64,000 bases of DNA from Bacilli bacterium (GTDB taxonomy: Bacteria; Bacillota_I; Bacilli_A; ML615J-28; CAG-698): assembly GCA_028691515.1 (NCBI GenBank), contig JAQUZE010000002.1, positions 88,184-152,183 on the forward strand, in the 5' to 3' direction. The position numbers and the translations under genes were made by a program. This document shows positions 1 through 9,924 of the stretch, piece by piece. The number at the start of each line of letters is the position of its first letter. Within the stretch, counting starts at the first letter, position 1. Below the pieces are notes generated by a model. That model made no database searches. It was not told where the DNA came from and worked only from the letters and a program-made list of their open reading frames with translations.

Positions 1-948
1 GTTAATGGAGTTGAATACCAAGCAAAGAATTTTATTATTGCAACAGGATCTAAAGATAGACAATTGTCGACTTTTCCTGATGCATTAAATAGTGATGATA
101 TGTTGGATTTGGATATATTGCCAGAAAAATTAGTTATTATTGGTGGCGGAGTTATTGGAATTGAATATGCTTCAATTTATAATCAATTTGGTATTGATAT
201 AGAAGTAGTAGAATTTATGGATAGAATTGTACCAACAATTGATTCTGATTTAAGTAAAAGATTATTAAGTTATTTAAAAAGACAAAAAATTAAATTTCAT
301 TTAAGTTCTAAAGCTTTATATAAAGATGATGAATTTGTATATATTGAAGAAAAGGGAAAAATTGTAAAAATACCTTATGATAAAGTATTAGTTAGTATTG
401 GTAGAGTTGCTAATTATCAAGGACTTTCTTTAGAAAATTGCCATGTTGAATATGATAAACGGGGAATTATTACAGATGATAATTTTCAAACGAGCAATCC
501 TAATATATATGCAGTCGGTGATGTTACCGGTAAGAATATGCTTGCTCATTATGCAAAATATAGTAGTTTAAGAGCTTTGAATCATATATTAAAAGAAAAA
601 GATAACATTAATTTTGACTTAGTTCCTAGTTGTATTTTTAGTTTTCCTGAAATCGCTTCTGTTGGTATCAGTGAAGATTATTATAAAGATAATGATTTGC
701 CTTATGAGGTATATAAAACAGTTTATCAAAGTAACGGAAAAGCATTTTCCGCAAATGAAACAGATGGTTTTGTGAAAATTGTTGCTTATGAAGGAATTAT
801 TACAGGAGCAGCCATAATAGGTTATGATGCTTCAACATTGATTCATGAAATGGCTATTGTAATAACAAAAAAAATGAGTGTTTTAGAATTTAAAGATGTT
901 ATTCATGCTCATCCTACATTAAGCGAACTTTTTAATGAAGGTTTATAG
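1..948 (+). CDS. lpdA: Dihydrolipoyl dehydrogenase, 3' partial. The reading frame is open from base 1; the 5' end lies upstream of the window.
   Basis: IIATGS motif, second Rossmann GGGVIGIEYA, AVGDVTG FAD motif, C-terminal HAHPTLSE active-site His; no in-frame stop between 1 and 63. Confidence 0.85.
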   Translation, partial: VNGVEYQAKNFIIATGSKDRQLSTFPDALNSDDMLDLDILPEKLVIIGGGVIGIEYASIYNQFGIDIEVVEFMDRIVPTIDSDLSKRLLSYLKRQKIKFHLSSKALYKDDEFVYIEEKGKIVKIPYDKVLVSIGRVANYQGLSLENCHVEYDKRGIITDDNFQTSNPNIYAVGDVTGKNMLAHYAKYSSLRALNHILKEKDNINFDLVPSCIFSFPEIASVGISEDYYKDNDLPYEVYKTVYQSNGKAFSANETDGFVKIVAYEGIITGAAIIGYDASTLIHEMAIVITKKMSVLEFKDVIHAHPTLSELFNEGL

Positions 949-961
949 TATTTTGATTTAA

Positions 962-993
962 AAAGACTAGTAGTTTTACTAGTCTTTTTTTTA
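962..993 (+). terminator. Rho-independent terminator after lpdA
   Basis: aagactagta/tactagtctt hairpin followed by T8. Confidence 0.8.
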
Positions 994-1041
994 TTCTTTA
1001 TTAATTAAGTAATTTCGGTTATAATGTTAAGAGAGGTGTTT

Positions 1042-1848
1042 ATGAGTTTAGAATTTAAGCATGTTTTAATTAAAGGTAGATTGAATAATTATAAATTAAA
1101 CGTAGATATTAACGATAAAATAATTATTGGCGTTTTTTCTAATGATGAAAAAGCAATTAATGATTTTTTTCTTAAAGCATCTGGTGTAAATACTAATGAA
1201 GGAAATATTTTTTTCAGAGGATATTCTGTTTTCGATAATAAGGAATATTTTAAAAATCGTTTATTGATTAATTATAAACAGCCATATATTACATCATTAG
1301 ATAAATCATATTTACAAAAATATTTTAAGGAAAATTATAATATAGATATAGATTTAAATATCTTTGAAAAGATTAATAAAGATTTAAAATTAAGGAATGA
1401 ATATTTAATTAAGGATAAGTATATATTTACTAAACGAGGGTTAAATCTTGTAAATTATTCTCTAACAAAATGTATTTGTAAAAAAATTAATTTTATTTAT
1501 AATGTAATCAGTAATTGTAGTAAAGAAGAAAGAGAAATTATTTTGTTAGGACTTGCTGATAAAGAGAATTTTGATGTTAATTTTTTGGACTTTAATGATG
1601 TTTTAGTTTCTTCAAAATTTATAGATAAGTATTTATTTTTTTCAAATAGTGGAGAAATTGTTTTTCTTACTAATGATGATGATGTTTATTTAGTTGGAGG
1701 AGAAATTTTAAATAGTTTAATATATAATAAGACTAAAGATATTTCTATTACAAATTATGAATATACAAAAGAAGAAATAAAAGCTTTTAAAAAAAGAAAA
1801 ATAATATTAAAGAAAATTAAATTTATTGATGTAGAGAGATATTTATGA
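1042..1848 (+). CDS. Hypothetical protein with a degenerate ABC-ATPase-like N-terminus (no Walker A lysine)
   Basis: ORF with AGAGAGG RBS before ATG 1042; N-terminal L.V.N-L.K.Y..L..V..I..IIGVFSNDEK....L..G....EGNIFFRG pattern resembles an ABC NBD strand order but lacks GxxGxGKS/T; stop overlaps next start (ATGA). Confidence 0.55.
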   Translation: MSLEFKHVLIKGRLNNYKLNVDINDKIIIGVFSNDEKAINDFFLKASGVNTNEGNIFFRGYSVFDNKEYFKNRLLINYKQPYITSLDKSYLQKYFKENYNIDIDLNIFEKINKDLKLRNEYLIKDKYIFTKRGLNLVNYSLTKCICKKINFIYNVISNCSKEEREIILLGLADKENFDVNFLDFNDVLVSSKFIDKYLFFSNSGEIVFLTNDDDVYLVGGEILNSLIYNKTKDISITNYEYTKEEIKAFKKRKIILKKIKFIDVERYL

Positions 1849-2420
1849 AATACATATTCAAAAATTTTTATGTAAAAATTTATTTTTTATTTATGTTGGC
1901 TACACTTATTACAGCTTTGTTATTTGTTTTTTCTAAAGAAACATTGTTTCTAAAACTTGGTGTGAATAATTTATATCTAATTATAGTTCTTTATGGGCTT
2001 ATTGTGCCTGTTCTTACTATTGAAAAGAAGTTAATTGATCAAGTGAAATTTGGTGTAATAAGAAAACAAGTATTTATAGAAAATCTTATTTCTTATTTTG
2101 TAATTGCGAGTTTTGTTATAATCTATGAGTTAGTTATTTTTATTATGCAATTTTTATTTGATTATATATATATTATAAATATTAATTTATTGTTTACTGC
2201 GTTTTTGAGTTTTTTGGTTTTTACAATATATGGGGACATTATCGGGTTAAGTAATTTTAATAAATATTTAAAAATAGTTTTAATTATTTTATTTTTATTT
2301 TTTGTTATTTTATTTTATTGCTTATTACAAAACTTTATTAATATATTGTTAATAATTATTTTTGTATTGTTTATTTTATACTCCTTAAAAACATATAAGA
2401 TTTATTTAGTTAAAGAATAG
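1845..2420 (+). CDS. Polytopic membrane protein (about 6 TM), translationally coupled to 1042..1848
   Basis: Highly hydrophobic 191 aa, ATGA overlap with upstream gene. Confidence 0.55.
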   Translation: MKYIFKNFYVKIYFLFMLATLITALLFVFSKETLFLKLGVNNLYLIIVLYGLIVPVLTIEKKLIDQVKFGVIRKQVFIENLISYFVIASFVIIYELVIFIMQFLFDYIYIININLLFTAFLSFLVFTIYGDIIGLSNFNKYLKIVLIILFLFFVILFYCLLQNFINILLIIIFVLFILYSLKTYKIYLVKE

Positions 2421-2429
2421 AGGATATAT

Positions 2430-4490
2430 ATGTATAAGTTTTTTCAAAAACATAAATTTATAATTTTTATAGTTTTCATTTACTTTTTAAATATAGTAAA
2501 TGCTTTTTTATCAACAACAGGAATTTTTAATAATTTACTTAGTCCTTATAAACGTGATTTTTTCATGGTTTTTAATGCATTTATTGGTGATGTAGCTTTT
2601 ATTAGTATTTTTGTTGGATTAGGTTTTATTATTTTTAAAAAAGAAAAATCGATAATTAAATATATGATTGTAATTACTTTTATATTATCTTTCTTTTGTT
2701 ATGCAATGAGTAATTATATACCAATATATGGAATGATGTTTTCTTTTTGGAATTTAAAAGCTTTTAGTGGTGGAGGTGGAGGAGAAGCTTTTGATTTTGT
2801 TATTGATTCTTTTGCTCTAATTGTTAGTTCAGGAAAACTTATATTTTTCTTTCCAGCAATTCTTATATTAATACTATATTTTACTATGTATAAAAGAAAT
2901 TTAAACATCAAAGATAATAGTAATTTTGCTTTTGTAAAAAGAATATATATTGGGATTATTGTTATAATGTTTGGTTTGATTTTTTCAAATGTAAGTTATT
3001 TAAATTATAAAAATGTCAATAAAGATAATTGGTTTAATGATAATTCGACACCGCTTCATGGGACCGAGTCCATTGGACTTTATAATTTTTATATTTATGA
3101 AGGTTTAGAATTTGTATCAAATGAGTTAAATCTTAAAAAGAATACAAATGATAATAGGGATAAAATTTTAAGTGATTTAAAAAAATACGAAGATGATTGT
3201 CAGTTAAATATGATTGATGGAAATATGTATTGTAATACAGTGGAAAATAATGGTTTGGCTGAGGGCAAAAATTTAATTTTAATGCAAGTAGAATCTTTAA
3301 ATAATTTTGCTATTGGATTGAAAGTAAAAGTAAATAATGAGTATTTAGAAGTAACTCCTAATTTGAATAGATTGCTTGAAAGTTCAGTTTATTTTAATAA
3401 TTTTTATACAGCTGTTGGCATTGGTAATACTTCTGATGCGGAATTTTCTGCACTTACAGGATTATATCCAAGTGGCCCTAAATATACTATTTATGAATAT
3501 GGTAATGTTGAGTATCCAACTCTTGCAAGATCATTTGAGGATTCAGGATACTATAGTTTTTCTATTCATGCCAACGGAGGAGAATTTTATAACAGAAAAT
3601 ATATTCATGAAAATATATATGGTTTTAGTGATTATTATGGTGAAGAGGAATTAGAGGAAATGGGGTTAATTAATCGTGATGATTTTGTACATTTGTGGAT
3701 GGGAGACACAGAATTTTTAGAAGCGACAGTTGATATTATTAAATCACAAAATGAATTGGGGAAAAATGTCTTTAGTTTTCCGATTACAATTTCTACACAT
3801 CTACCATATAGTGAAGATGAAAATTTATATAAAGATATTGTACCTTTATTTCCTGATGATTATAAGGATTTACATGGTTATTCTTTGGGATATTTAAAAC
3901 ATCTTTATTATACAGATTATGCAATTGGAAATATGTTTTCGAAAATGGAAGATTTGGGAATGTTAGAAAATACAATTGTGGCTTTGTATGGTGATCATGG
4001 ATCAACAATAAATTTTGCAGAAACTATGAAGTACAATACCGAAATATTTGAAAATGATATTAATGGTGTTTTTGGGAAAGATTTTGCTGTTGAAGGAAAT
4101 AATATTATTGCAGAAAGACGTTTTGAGCAAAATGTTCCATTTATTATTTATGATAAAACAAAAACGATTGAACCAAGAGTTATATCATATTCTAGAGGAC
4201 AAACTGATATTTATAGAACTCTTGCTAATTTATTTGGATTAGAACAGCAATATTATTTTGGACAAGATGCATTTATTGATGTAGATCATTTTGTATATAG
4301 TCCAAGAACAAGTGATATATTTATTGGAGATATGGCGATTTCTTCAAGTTCTTATGAGTTTTTTAGTGTTAGTTCAGTAGTTAAGTACGATAGTTTAGAT
4401 AGAAAAAGAATTATTGAAGAATATCAAAAATATTTAGATTTTAATAATAAATTATTAGAATATGAATTATTTCCTAAAGTTAGTAAATAA
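2430..4490 (+). CDS. ltaS: Lipoteichoic acid synthase family protein (LtaS; sulfatase domain with N-terminal TM segments)
   Basis: N-terminal 5-TM region plus extracellular sulfatase domain; nucleophile motif GIGNTSDAEFSALTGLYP matches LtaS GxTSDxEF; RBS AGAGGA. Confidence 0.85.
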   Translation: MYKFFQKHKFIIFIVFIYFLNIVNAFLSTTGIFNNLLSPYKRDFFMVFNAFIGDVAFISIFVGLGFIIFKKEKSIIKYMIVITFILSFFCYAMSNYIPIYGMMFSFWNLKAFSGGGGGEAFDFVIDSFALIVSSGKLIFFFPAILILILYFTMYKRNLNIKDNSNFAFVKRIYIGIIVIMFGLIFSNVSYLNYKNVNKDNWFNDNSTPLHGTESIGLYNFYIYEGLEFVSNELNLKKNTNDNRDKILSDLKKYEDDCQLNMIDGNMYCNTVENNGLAEGKNLILMQVESLNNFAIGLKVKVNNEYLEVTPNLNRLLESSVYFNNFYTAVGIGNTSDAEFSALTGLYPSGPKYTIYEYGNVEYPTLARSFEDSGYYSFSIHANGGEFYNRKYIHENIYGFSDYYGEEELEEMGLINRDDFVHLWMGDTEFLEATVDIIKSQNELGKNVFSFPITISTHLPYSEDENLYKDIVPLFPDDYKDLHGYSLGYLKHLYYTDYAIGNMFSKMEDLGMLENTIVALYGDHGSTINFAETMKYNTEIFENDINGVFGKDFAVEGNNIIAERRFEQNVPFIIYDKTKTIEPRVISYSRGQTDIYRTLANLFGLEQQYYFGQDAFIDVDHFVYSPRTSDIFIGDMAISSSSYEFFSVSSVVKYDSLDRKRIIEEYQKYLDFNNKLLEYELFPKVSK

Positions 4491-4512
4491 ATATTCTAAA
4501 GATGGGGGTTAT

Positions 4513-5007
4513 ATGAAAGAACTTATATTTGAATATTCAAGTATTATTAGCAGCGTAATGTTGTTGGTATTTTATACTAATGAAGTAATTAGTATTTTTG
4601 AGCAAAAAAAATATAAATTATTACATAGTTGCGAAGTATTTAAAATATATTTTAGTAAATGGTTTAATTATTTCCCACTAATTTTAATCCCTTTTATATT
4701 TTTTATTGATATTTGGTTTGTTGGATTAATATATAGTTTGATTGCGTTATCGTTTTTTATTTATTTGAGATTATGTCATAAAAATGTTATTTTAAATTTT
4801 TGGAAGACTTTAAGGTTGTATATTGTTATTTTGATTATCGAGACAATATTTGGAACTATTTTAATGCTTAATGTAAAATTAGTAGAATTAACATCTTTGT
4901 TAATAATTGTTTTAAATATAAACTTACTATTTGTATTTTTGTGTTATTGGATTAGTTGGCCAGCAGAAAAATTATATGATAAAATTATAAATAAAGAAGA
5001 TAAGTAG
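4513..5007 (+). CDS. Small integral membrane protein
   Basis: ORF with GATGGGGG RBS before ATG 4513; multiple hydrophobic helices; followed by terminator. Confidence 0.5.
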   Translation: MKELIFEYSSIISSVMLLVFYTNEVISIFEQKKYKLLHSCEVFKIYFSKWFNYFPLILIPFIFFIDIWFVGLIYSLIALSFFIYLRLCHKNVILNFWKTLRLYIVILIIETIFGTILMLNVKLVELTSLLIIVLNINLLFVFLCYWISWPAEKLYDKIINKEDK

Positions 5008-5033
5008 AAGATGCAAAGCTTTGCATCTTTTTC
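5008..5033 (+). terminator. Rho-independent terminator (perfect palindrome agatgcaaag/ctttgcatct plus T-tract)
   Basis: 20-nt perfect palindrome followed by TTTTT. Confidence 0.8.
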
Positions 5034-5037
5034 ATTA

Positions 5038-5066
5038 TTGAAACAAATCTCTAAATAGTATATAAT
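5038..5066 (+). promoter_or_regulatory. Sigma-A type promoter for tilS-hpt-ftsH (TTGAAA-17 bp-TATAAT)
   Basis: -35 TTGAAA 5038-5043, 17-bp spacer, -10 TATAAT 5061-5066, about 20 nt upstream of tilS RBS. Confidence 0.6.
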
Positions 5067-5088
5067 AATTTAGTATAGGAGAAAGCAA

Positions 5089-6417
5089 ATGGATAATGAT
5101 TTGACTGCGTTTTTTAAAAAAAATAATTTAAAACTTAATAATAAGTCAATTGTGATTGCTATATCAACTGGCGTTGATTCGATGGTTTTACTTACTCAAT
5201 TTCTAGAGATAAAAGATATTTATAATTTAAATATCATATGTGCTCATGTTAATCATATGAAAAGAGAACAGTCTATAATTGAAGAAAAATATATAATTGA
5301 TTTTTGTCATAATAATAATTTAAAATATTATATTAAAAGATTAGAGACCTTAAGTGAAGAAGAGAATTTCCAATCTGAAGCTAGAAATGAACGATATTTA
5401 TTTTTTGATGAGATTATAAAGACTGAAAATGCAGATTATTTAGCTTTAGCTCATCATGCTAATGATAATATGGAGACAATTATGATGAGAATCCTTAGAG
5501 GATCAAATCTTTTGGGGTATGCAGGTATTAGTCCTATTATTAAAAAAAATAATTATTTATTAATCAGACCATTATTTGATATTTTAAAAGAAGAGATTAT
5601 TGATTATGCTAGTAAAAAGAATATAGTATATTTTGAAGACGAAACAAATAATCAAGATTATTATACAAGGAATAAAATAAGACATGAGGTTATTCCACCA
5701 ATGTTTATGATATGTGAAGATGCAAATAGTAAGTTTTTGGATTTTGCATTTAATATTAGAGGAGCATGGAAAATAGTTGAAGAGAGAGTATTAGATTTTA
5801 TTAAAAAAAATATAAGGATAGATAAAGATATTGAATTTAATAAGAATAGTTTTTTAAAAACAGATAAATATTTACAAGTTGAAATCTTATTTAAGTTGTT
5901 AAAAAAATATAATTTAAGTAAAGATGTAATTTTAGAAATTATTGCTTTAATTAATTCAAAGAAAGCAAATATTAAGTCTTATATTGTAAATAGTTTTACC
6001 TTTTATAAAGAATATAATATTATTTTAATAAAAGATGGATTAATTGAACCTTTAAATATTTGTTTGGTTATAGATGATTTTAGTAAACAATATCAATATG
6101 ACAATATTAAGGTTATATGTCAACCATTTGAAAGCAAAAACATACTAAAATCAGACGAAATATGCTATAATACAAATATGCTGCCAGTTATTCTACGAAG
6201 TAGAAGACCGGGAGATAAAATTAAGTTATCCGCTGGGGAAAAGAAAGTAAAAGATTTATTAATAGATGAAAAAATTGGTATTTCAAAAAGAGAGAGAATT
6301 TTAATTTTAGAAGATAAAAATCAAAAAATACTTGCAGTTATAGGACTTAAGAAAAGTGTTTATTTAACAGAAATAAAAGATTGCAATATTGTTTTGAAAA
6401 TAAAAACAGGAGAATAA
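5089..6417 (+). CDS. tilS: tRNA(Ile)-lysidine synthetase
   Basis: PP-loop STGVDSMVLL (SGGxDS), conserved tilS-hpt-ftsH synteny. Confidence 0.9.
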   Translation: MDNDLTAFFKKNNLKLNNKSIVIAISTGVDSMVLLTQFLEIKDIYNLNIICAHVNHMKREQSIIEEKYIIDFCHNNNLKYYIKRLETLSEEENFQSEARNERYLFFDEIIKTENADYLALAHHANDNMETIMMRILRGSNLLGYAGISPIIKKNNYLLIRPLFDILKEEIIDYASKKNIVYFEDETNNQDYYTRNKIRHEVIPPMFMICEDANSKFLDFAFNIRGAWKIVEERVLDFIKKNIRIDKDIEFNKNSFLKTDKYLQVEILFKLLKKYNLSKDVILEIIALINSKKANIKSYIVNSFTFYKEYNIILIKDGLIEPLNICLVIDDFSKQYQYDNIKVICQPFESKNILKSDEICYNTNMLPVILRSRRPGDKIKLSAGEKKVKDLLIDEKIGISKRERILILEDKNQKILAVIGLKKSVYLTEIKDCNIVLKIKTGE

Positions 6418-6424
6418 TAAATAA

Positions 6425-6964
6425 ATGGATTATTTTGTTGAAGAAGTTTTACTAAATCACCAACAAATTGTGGACAGAAGCAAGGAGCTAGGGGACATAA
6501 TTACAAGTGAATACAAATTTAAGACACCCATTTTGATAGGGTTATTAAAGGGATCTGTTCCATTTATGGCGGAGCTTATTAAATATATTGATTGTCCTAT
6601 GGAAATGGATTTTTTGAAAGTTTCTAGCTATTCAGGTACTGAATCAACTGGTCGAGTAAATATAAAATCAGATTTAGCTGTAGATATCTTCGGAAGAGAT
6701 ATTTTAATTGTTGAAGATATAATTGATAGTGGACTTACTTTAATGAAAGTCATTGAGCTTTTAAAAGAAAGAAAACCAAAAAGCATAGAAATTGTTACTC
6801 TTCTTGATAAAAATGAGGGAAGAATTGTGAAGGAACTAATTCCTAAATATATTGGGTTTAGTATTCCTAATAAATTTGTGATTGGTTTTGGTTTAGATTA
6901 TAATGAGTTATATCGTAATTTAGATTACATAGGGGTTTTAAAACCTTCAATATATATGAAGTAA
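6425..6964 (+). CDS. hpt: Hypoxanthine-guanine phosphoribosyltransferase
   Basis: PRPP-binding motif ILIVEDIIDSGLTL; size 179 aa; synteny. Confidence 0.9.
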   Translation: MDYFVEEVLLNHQQIVDRSKELGDIITSEYKFKTPILIGLLKGSVPFMAELIKYIDCPMEMDFLKVSSYSGTESTGRVNIKSDLAVDIFGRDILIVEDIIDSGLTLMKVIELLKERKPKSIEIVTLLDKNEGRIVKELIPKYIGFSIPNKFVIGFGLDYNELYRNLDYIGVLKPSIYMK

Positions 6965-6999
6965 AAATTTAAAGGAGAGCTTTTTAAGCAACGTAGTTT

Positions 7000-9045
7000 A
7001 TGGCAAAGAAAAAAGAACAAAAATTTAAAAGATCCAATCTTGCACTTATTTTATTGTTAATTTTATTAATACCTGGTTTGTTTTTATTTATTGGAAATTT
7101 AACAAATCAGCCAACAAAATTAACAATAACGGAATTTAGGGCAAGGGTTGAAGGAGCACCTGCTACTTTTACAGAAATATATGCATCACCATATACAGGT
7201 GATAATGATTCACTTTACAAGATTACAGGAACATATTTGGATGGAACTGGAGAGCCTGTAATGTTTATTGTCAATGTACCAAAAGATGAATTTCATGAGA
7301 TATCTAAGGATTTTGGTCCAAACACAAAAATTGATTTTCAAACTGTTTCTAATTTTAATTGGTTTAGTATAATTATTTGGGGAGTATTGCCAATTTTATT
7401 AATTGGCGGTGCCCTATATTTCTTATCTAAATCAGCTATGGGTGGCGGAGCTAATAAGCAAGCTTTTGATTTTGGTAAAAGCAAAGCAATTTTAAATAAG
7501 AAAAGTAAAATTACTTTCAAAGATGTTGCAGGATGTGATGAAGAAAAAGAAGAAATGGTAGAAATCATTGATTTTTTAAAAACACCTAAAAAATATTTTG
7601 ATATTGGAGCAAGAATTCCTAAGGGAGTACTTTTAATTGGTCTTCCGGGAACAGGTAAAACTTTACTTGCAAAAGCAGTTGCTGGCGAAGCCAAGGTACC
7701 ATTTTATTCTATATCTGGTTCTGATTTTGTTGAAATGTTTGTTGGTGTTGGGGCTAGCCGTGTTAGAGATATGTTTAAAACAGCCAAACAAAACGCTCCA
7801 TGTATTTTGTTTATTGATGAGATTGATGCTGTAGGTCGTCAAAGAGGAGCAGGACTTGGTGGTGGACATGATGAACGTGAACAAACATTAAACCAATTGT
7901 TAGTTGAAATGGATGGCTTTGAGGAAAATTCTGGTGTTATTGTTATGGCCGCTACAAATAGAGCAGATGTATTAGATCCAGCGTTACTTAGACCCGGTCG
8001 TTTTGATAGACAAATAAGGATTTCATTACCTGATGTTAGAGGAAGAGAAGCTATTCTAAAAGTTCATGCAAGAAATAAAAAAGTTTCAACAAAAATTATA
8101 TATAATGATATAGCAAAAAGAACTCCAGGATTTAGTGGTGCAGATTTAGAGAATCTAATGAATGAAGCTGCGTTACTTGCTGCAAGAGAAAATAGAAAAG
8201 AAATTAAAATTTATGATATTGATGAGGCAATTGATAGAGTTCTAATGGGACCAGCTAAAAGAAGTAGAAAATATACGGATAATGAAAAATGGACAGTTGC
8301 TTACCATGAAGCTGGTCATGCAGTTTTAGGAGTAAAACTTGAAAAAGCTGATATAGTCCAAAAAGTTACTATTGTTCCTCGTGGAGATGCTGGTGGTTAT
8401 TCAATGATGACACCAGAAGAAGAAACTTTTTTACAAACACGAAAAGGTTTAATTGATACTATTACAGGATTATTAGGTGGAAGAGTTGCTGAAGAAATTA
8501 TGCAAAATGATATTAGTACTGGAGCCAGTAACGATATACAAAAAGCAACATTTATTGCTAGAGCAATGGTTACACAATATGGTATGAGTAAACTTGGTCC
8601 TATTCAATATGAAAGAGGCGATCAATCTGTATTTTTAGGAAGAGATTATTTGTCTGAGAAAAACTTTTCTGATCAAGTTGCTTTAGAAATTGATAAAGAA
8701 GTTCAATCTATTATTGAGGAAAGTCATAAATTAGCTACAAAAGTATTAACTGAGCATAAAGATTTATTAATTTCCATAGCTCAACATTTATATGAAATTG
8801 AAACTCTTACAAAAGAAGATATCTTAGAACTTGTTGAAACAGGTAAAATAGTTTGGTGGGAAAAGAAAAAAGCTAAAGATGAAGCTGAAAGAATAGCTAG
8901 ATTAAAAGAACAAGAGTTGCAAGATATTTATAAAAAACAACTTGAAGCTATGACTGAATTAAAGAAATCTCAAGAACTTAAATCTGAAGAGCAAGTAAAA
9001 AAAGAAACAGAAGAAAAGTCTTCAGAAGAAGATAAGAGCAAATAA
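7000..9045 (+). CDS. ftsH: ATP-dependent zinc metalloprotease FtsH
   Basis: Two N-terminal TM, Walker A GLPGTGKT, Walker [18 protein letters not shown] zinc motif; Lys/Glu-rich C-terminal tail. Confidence 0.95.
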   Translation: MAKKKEQKFKRSNLALILLLILLIPGLFLFIGNLTNQPTKLTITEFRARVEGAPATFTEIYASPYTGDNDSLYKITGTYLDGTGEPVMFIVNVPKDEFHEISKDFGPNTKIDFQTVSNFNWFSIIIWGVLPILLIGGALYFLSKSAMGGGANKQAFDFGKSKAILNKKSKITFKDVAGCDEEKEEMVEIIDFLKTPKKYFDIGARIPKGVLLIGLPGTGKTLLAKAVAGEAKVPFYSISGSDFVEMFVGVGASRVRDMFKTAKQNAPCILFIDEIDAVGRQRGAGLGGGHDEREQTLNQLLVEMDGFEENSGVIVMAATNRADVLDPALLRPGRFDRQIRISLPDVRGREAILKVHARNKKVSTKIIYNDIAKRTPGFSGADLENLMNEAALLAARENRKEIKIYDIDEAIDRVLMGPAKRSRKYTDNEKWTVAYHEAGHAVLGVKLEKADIVQKVTIVPRGDAGGYSMMTPEEETFLQTRKGLIDTITGLLGGRVAEEIMQNDISTGASNDIQKATFIARAMVTQYGMSKLGPIQYERGDQSVFLGRDYLSEKNFSDQVALEIDKEVQSIIEESHKLATKVLTEHKDLLISIAQHLYEIETLTKEDILELVETGKIVWWEKKKAKDEAERIARLKEQELQDIYKKQLEAMTELKKSQELKSEEQVKKETEEKSSEEDKSK

Positions 9046-9046
9046 A

Positions 9047-9301
9047 ATGCGTTTAGATAAATTTTTGAAAGTCTCAAGAATTATTAAACGAAGAAGCGTT
9101 GCCAAGGAAGCATCTTTGGGTGATAAAATTTTTATAAATGGAAAAATTGCTAAACCAAGTACGGATGTTAAAGTTGGAGATATAATTGAAATTAGTTATT
9201 TTAAAAAAATAGTAACAATAAAAGTTAAGGATATTATTTTGAGTACAAAAAAAGAAGATGCATTAGAAATGTATGAATTGATTGAAGCAAAAGACCACTA
9301 A
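9047..9301 (+). CDS. rqcP: S4-domain RNA-binding protein (RqcP/YabO/Hsp15 family)
   Basis: 84 aa, MRLDKFLKVSRIIKRRSVAKE... S4 fold signature. Confidence 0.8.
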   Translation: MRLDKFLKVSRIIKRRSVAKEASLGDKIFINGKIAKPSTDVKVGDIIEISYFKKIVTIKVKDIILSTKKEDALEMYELIEAKDH

Positions 9302-9318
9302 AATGTGGTCTTTTTTTT
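9293..9318 (+). terminator. Rho-independent terminator after rqcP
   Basis: gaccac/gtggtc hairpin plus T8. Confidence 0.75.
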
Positions 9319-9351
9319 AATTTTATTATATAATAATATATGAGGTGACAT

Positions 9352-9924
9352 ATGAAAATTGTTTTGGGATCATCTTCTCCTAGACGTAGTGAATTGATGA
9401 GATTAATTGGGTATGAATTTATTGTAGCTGTTCCATATATTAATGAGGAAATAGAAGAGGATAATCCTATTAATTATGTAAAAAAGATTGTTAGAAAAAA
9501 AGGAAATTTCATTAATTGTGAATTTTCTTCTAATATTATTGTTTGTGCGGATACTATTGTTGTAAAAAATAATGTAATTTTAGGGAAACCTAAAAGCAAA
9601 GAAGATGCTTTTAAAACACTTAAAATGTTGCAAAATGATGTTCATTATGTTTATACAGCAGTGTTAATTCAATATAAAAAATATAAAAAAGTATTTGTGG
9701 AAAAAACTAAAGTTTATATAGATTCATTAACTGATGAAGAAATTGAACTATATATTGATACTACTGAGCCGTATGATAAGGCAGGTAGCTATGCGATTCA
9801 AGGTGTATTTGGAAAGTATATAAAAAAAATTGAAGGTGATTACTATAATGTTATGGGGTTACCTATTAATTTAGTGTATAGGGAAATTGAAAAAATAAAA
9901 AATGGGGGAAAATATGAAATTTAA
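9352..9924 (+). CDS. maf: Maf-like nucleoside triphosphate pyrophosphatase
   Basis: MKIVLGSSSPRRSELM N-terminus (SPRR motif), 190 aa. Confidence 0.9.
   Translation: MKIVLGSSSPRRSELMRLIGYEFIVAVPYINEEIEEDNPINYVKKIVRKKGNFINCEFSSNIIVCADTIVVKNNVILGKPKSKEDAFKTLKMLQNDVHYVYTAVLIQYKKYKKVFVEKTKVYIDSLTDEEIELYIDTTEPYDKAGSYAIQGVFGKYIKKIEGDYYNVMGLPINLVYREIEKIKNGGKYEI

Noticed and set aside
2760-2800. Shared 'GGG..AFDF' string in LtaS (FSGGGGGEAFDFVIDS) and FtsH ([16 protein letters not shown]). I wondered about a repeated element or recombination site.
   Set aside because: The nucleotide sequences differ. The match is six amino acids only, within unrelated domains, so it is coincidence.
2714-2911. Antisense ORFs from the six-frame track (2714-2911, 3376-3654, 3793-4008, 4048-4242, 7338-7884, 9871-10071, 10243-10674, 14610-14929, 20576-20788, 21696-21929, 23536-23721, 27945-28196, 28779-28985, 30898-31119, 33979-34194, 34957-35145, 38113-38424, 43679-43867, 46255-46485, 47745-47987, 50259-50616, 52099-52305, 52792-53145, 53294-53488, 57141-57353, 57397-57591, 62705-62983)
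   Set aside because: Each lies inside or opposite a well-supported longer CDS and has no RBS. Composition is low-complexity and AT-rich-codon biased (Ile/Lys/Phe/Asn). These are spurious overlapping frames.
8880-9045. Lys/Glu-rich C-terminal tail of FtsH ([20 protein letters not shown]...[11 protein letters not shown]) as a possible fused extra domain
   Set aside because: Low-complexity charged C-terminal extensions are common in FtsH from Firmicutes and Mollicutes. No independent ORF or repeat structure.
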